From the NCBI GenBank assembly GCA_020536535.1, contig JAHLWZ010000970.1:1-35584 (forward strand): a stretch of DNA of 35,584 bases, read 5' to 3'. The stretch's first letter is position 1. Each line of letters starts with the position of its first letter. Below, piece after piece: positions 33,062 through 35,584 of the stretch. Under the pieces are notes generated by a model, which made no database searches, was not told the origin of the DNA, and was given only the letters and a program-made list of their open reading frames with translations. The DNA comes from Pelomyxa schiedti (lineage: Eukaryota; Protista; Evosea). The position numbers and the translations under genes were made by a program.

Positions 33062-34870
33062 CTAGGAACGAATTTGATAGTGGCCTCCTTTGGTGAACAC
33101 CCTCACACCTTTGTAGGGCTTGTATTTTTCGTGCACAGACAGGGACGATACTGCAGCCCCGCTGGCAGCGTATCCTGGAAGCGTGAACTGAACAGAGATT
33201 ATGGGATTGCCGTCTGCCCTCATTCCTGTTTGCATTGTTACGGTGCCGCTAAGGTTTGGAATTCTATCGCGTTGCATTCTCCCAATTGTCCAAACGCAAA
33301 CCTAAGTTTGGGGTGAAAATCAGTTGTACACAAAGAGAACCGGAAGGAATACCTTGGATTTTTCGTCATATGTGAAACTTCCAAAGGAAACGGCCAGTTT
33401 GGCACTGAGAACACATTTGGGAAGAGGAATTGTCACAACAACCTAACAGTTGGTGTGGGTTTACTGGAAAAGAGAAAAAGGAAAAAGGAAAAACTCACTC
33501 CTTCGGGTGGGGCTTTAGCACTGGCGATTATTGGTTTCACTCCAATCGTTATATCTATCTTTCCGCCGGTCTCTGTAAATCGGATGATTGGCCTCACCGT
33601 TATTGGTGGTTGGACTCCTCCTTTTACCCTGATGTGCATTGGGTTTAGCTTATTTCTCACGAGAAAAAAAGGTACCGGTAGGACATTAATTGGAAAGCGC
33701 CATCAGGAGGAATAAAGGAAATTTGTCTGTGCTGTTCCCAATAATTGTAGCGCACACACTGGTGCAAGCTTACATCATCCAGGAGTGCTGGGTTCTGTTG
33801 AATGTTATTAACGAACTAAACTGAAAAACTTCCAGAACCTCGAAAGTTAAAGTCAGGTCAGGCATCCCACTAAGCTTACAGTTCACATCCACACAGCCAT
33901 ACACTTCACTGGAAATAGTAGCCCCGTTTCTAAGGGAAAATGATGGTTTGATGAAAAGGACAGAAGGCCTATGCGTACACATCTATGATTGCATCCAATT
34001 CCTCAATAATATCCATGTAAATCTCGTTGTTTGCGTAATGTACACCATCCCGTCTCCATGGCATATTAGAAAGAGTTCCACCAGGAAGAACATCACTAAC
34101 AGAGGACGACCCAGCAACTGCACCTGTTACCTTAGAGGAGTATTAAGGGTTACTATATTTATTTTTTCTTTCTTAAAGAAACCTTGTCAACAATATTTGG
34201 AGGCTTCACCATTTCCTTCAGTATATTTGGCTCAGTCATGAATGGGAAACCATTATCCATCATTTCTTCCAAAACCTAGGCAATCAACAAAAAGAAGGAA
34301 AAACTAGTACATACTTGATAAACTTTCAAGAAACCATCTTTCAGTGCCATTTGGTTGAACCCGACACCAAAGTAGTCAGAAAAAATGTCAATCACCCGAT
34401 GGAGAAATTCAGTGACCAGAAGTGGAGTCACATCAGCTGTTGTGGTAGCCAGGAAAGAGATAAATCCTCCCCACTTTGGCTACAAAGACCAACTTAATAC
34501 TTTGTTTCAAGAAAAGTGGGCACCAATACCGTGTGCAGAACATTGAAAAGATAAAACCGGGGAGTAACAATTACTGGAGATACTTCCTCAGGGGAGGCAG
34601 CCTTGGAAACTAAACATAGTTACACTCGGGGGCATAAAAAAAAAAAAAAAGGAGAAAACCTTCTTCCCAGTAGTAATCACACACATTCCTATTCACCGTA
34701 CCACGATAATGTTTTTCAAACAGAACCTCCCTGGAAAGAAATCAGCGGCTGAACGCACACCAACAACCGCAGAAGAGAATAGAAGGAATGAATAAAACAA
34801 TAAAAAAAAATTGAAAAAAAAACAAAACAAAATACCCGGTGTCGTTTAGAATGAACAGGCTGTGTATCAT
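33062..34870 (-). CDS. AP3M1: AP-3 adaptor complex medium (mu3) subunit, multi-exon
   Basis: MIHSLFILNDT|GEVLFEKHYRGTVNRNVCDYYWEE; LDEMMDNGFP; PWRRDG..TNEIYMDIIEELDAII; CKLSGMPDLTLTF; SFIPPDGAFQLMSY; KYKPYKGVRVFTKGGHYQIRS*. Confidence 0.95.
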
Positions 34871-35116
34871 CTTTTCGAATTTTTTACCTCTACAGAGGCT
34901 TAGATTGATGGAGAATTCGACTGTCCCTTCACTCCTGGTTGAACATGTTTGTTGTACCGTGGTCGACAATGTGCGGGATTTTGTGTGGTGTTGTGGTCCC
35001 GTTGGGATTGGGAATCACAAAGCCAGTTGCCAAGTTGATCCGGTTCTGGCAAGTTGGCCCAACGCTTCGTTTTTTTGCAGACATCACAGGTTGGTCTCAG
35101 AACAATTCAATAAACT

Positions 35117-35584
35117 ATGGCCGCTACCAGTGCTGCTGCCGTAACTGCGACAGTTACTACTACGTCAACGAGATGGGCACATCTCACGTCCGCAAGTGAT
35201 GTCACGCCTTTCAGCGACGTAGAGTGTGGTCTATTGACCGCCGCTTTTGACGCCCTTAGGTTCAACAGTGGACCTTCTACGTGTGTGGTTTTTTTTTTTC
35301 GTTTCTTTTAACCCATGTAACAAATAAGAGTCACATTGGCATCTGGGATTGTGGTGAACTTTGAAAAACAACAATGTGTCTTGACTGATGGAAAGGTGGA
35401 ACGTTTTACCGTTGGTTTGTCTCTAGTTTTCAAGGCCCTGTTTGACAGTCACATGATTTTTTTTTTATTATTTTCCAGCGGCAGGTGTTGGCCTGCCCTA
35501 CAAGCAGGAAGCAGACAACATCAGAATTTGCCCTGTCCCTCCCGACTTACACAACATTCTTGGCACTGTCACCCACACTCCAGC
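35117..35584 (+). CDS. 5' part of a gene with a WWE-like N-terminal domain; runs off the window
   Basis: Spliced RWAHLTSASDVTPFSDVECGLLTAAFDALRFNSGPST|VTLASGIVVNFEKQQCVL, matching the W..PY/F..C..L..AF..TV..V.F..M/QQ pattern of WWE domains by eye. Confidence 0.5.

Overview
Gene-dense, intron-rich eukaryotic DNA with short (~50-100 nt) GT-AG introns and intergenic gaps of only ~110-500 nt; it is not prokaryotic. The gene content suggests an amoebozoan, possibly an anaerobic archamoeba such as Pelomyxa; this is inference from gene content and architecture, not a database match. The supplied ORF track mostly shows exon fragments and antisense shadows, so I spliced the genes by hand. About 16 protein-coding genes: a myristoylated AGC kinase lacking a PH domain; a Cys-rich secreted, probably GPI-anchored protein; a bacterial-type esterase with predicted lipid anchors at both ends; a bacterial-type aminobutyraldehyde-dehydrogenase-like ALDH; a ~6.5-kb multidomain gene (RA, fascin-like, TPR, P-loop GTPase with Zn ribbon, RasGEF, VPS9); a TmcB-like multipass PAS/adenylate cyclase; calmodulin; a CAR/GCR1-family GPCR; a prokaryote-type monocluster ferredoxin with a presequence; a PITH protein; an intron-containing variant histone H4; AP-3 mu; a partial WWE-like gene; and three hypothetical proteins. 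Highlights: the unusual GTPase/GEF fusion, the cyclase-calmodulin-GPCR neighbourhood, the putatively organelle-targeted ferredoxin, a candidate structured RNA downstream of the PITH gene, frequent AAG splice acceptors, and CpG-rich gene 5' ends versus CpG-poor gene bodies. No tRNA, rRNA, CRISPR array or clear transposon was seen. Gene models are manual, so some internal exon boundaries are uncertain.
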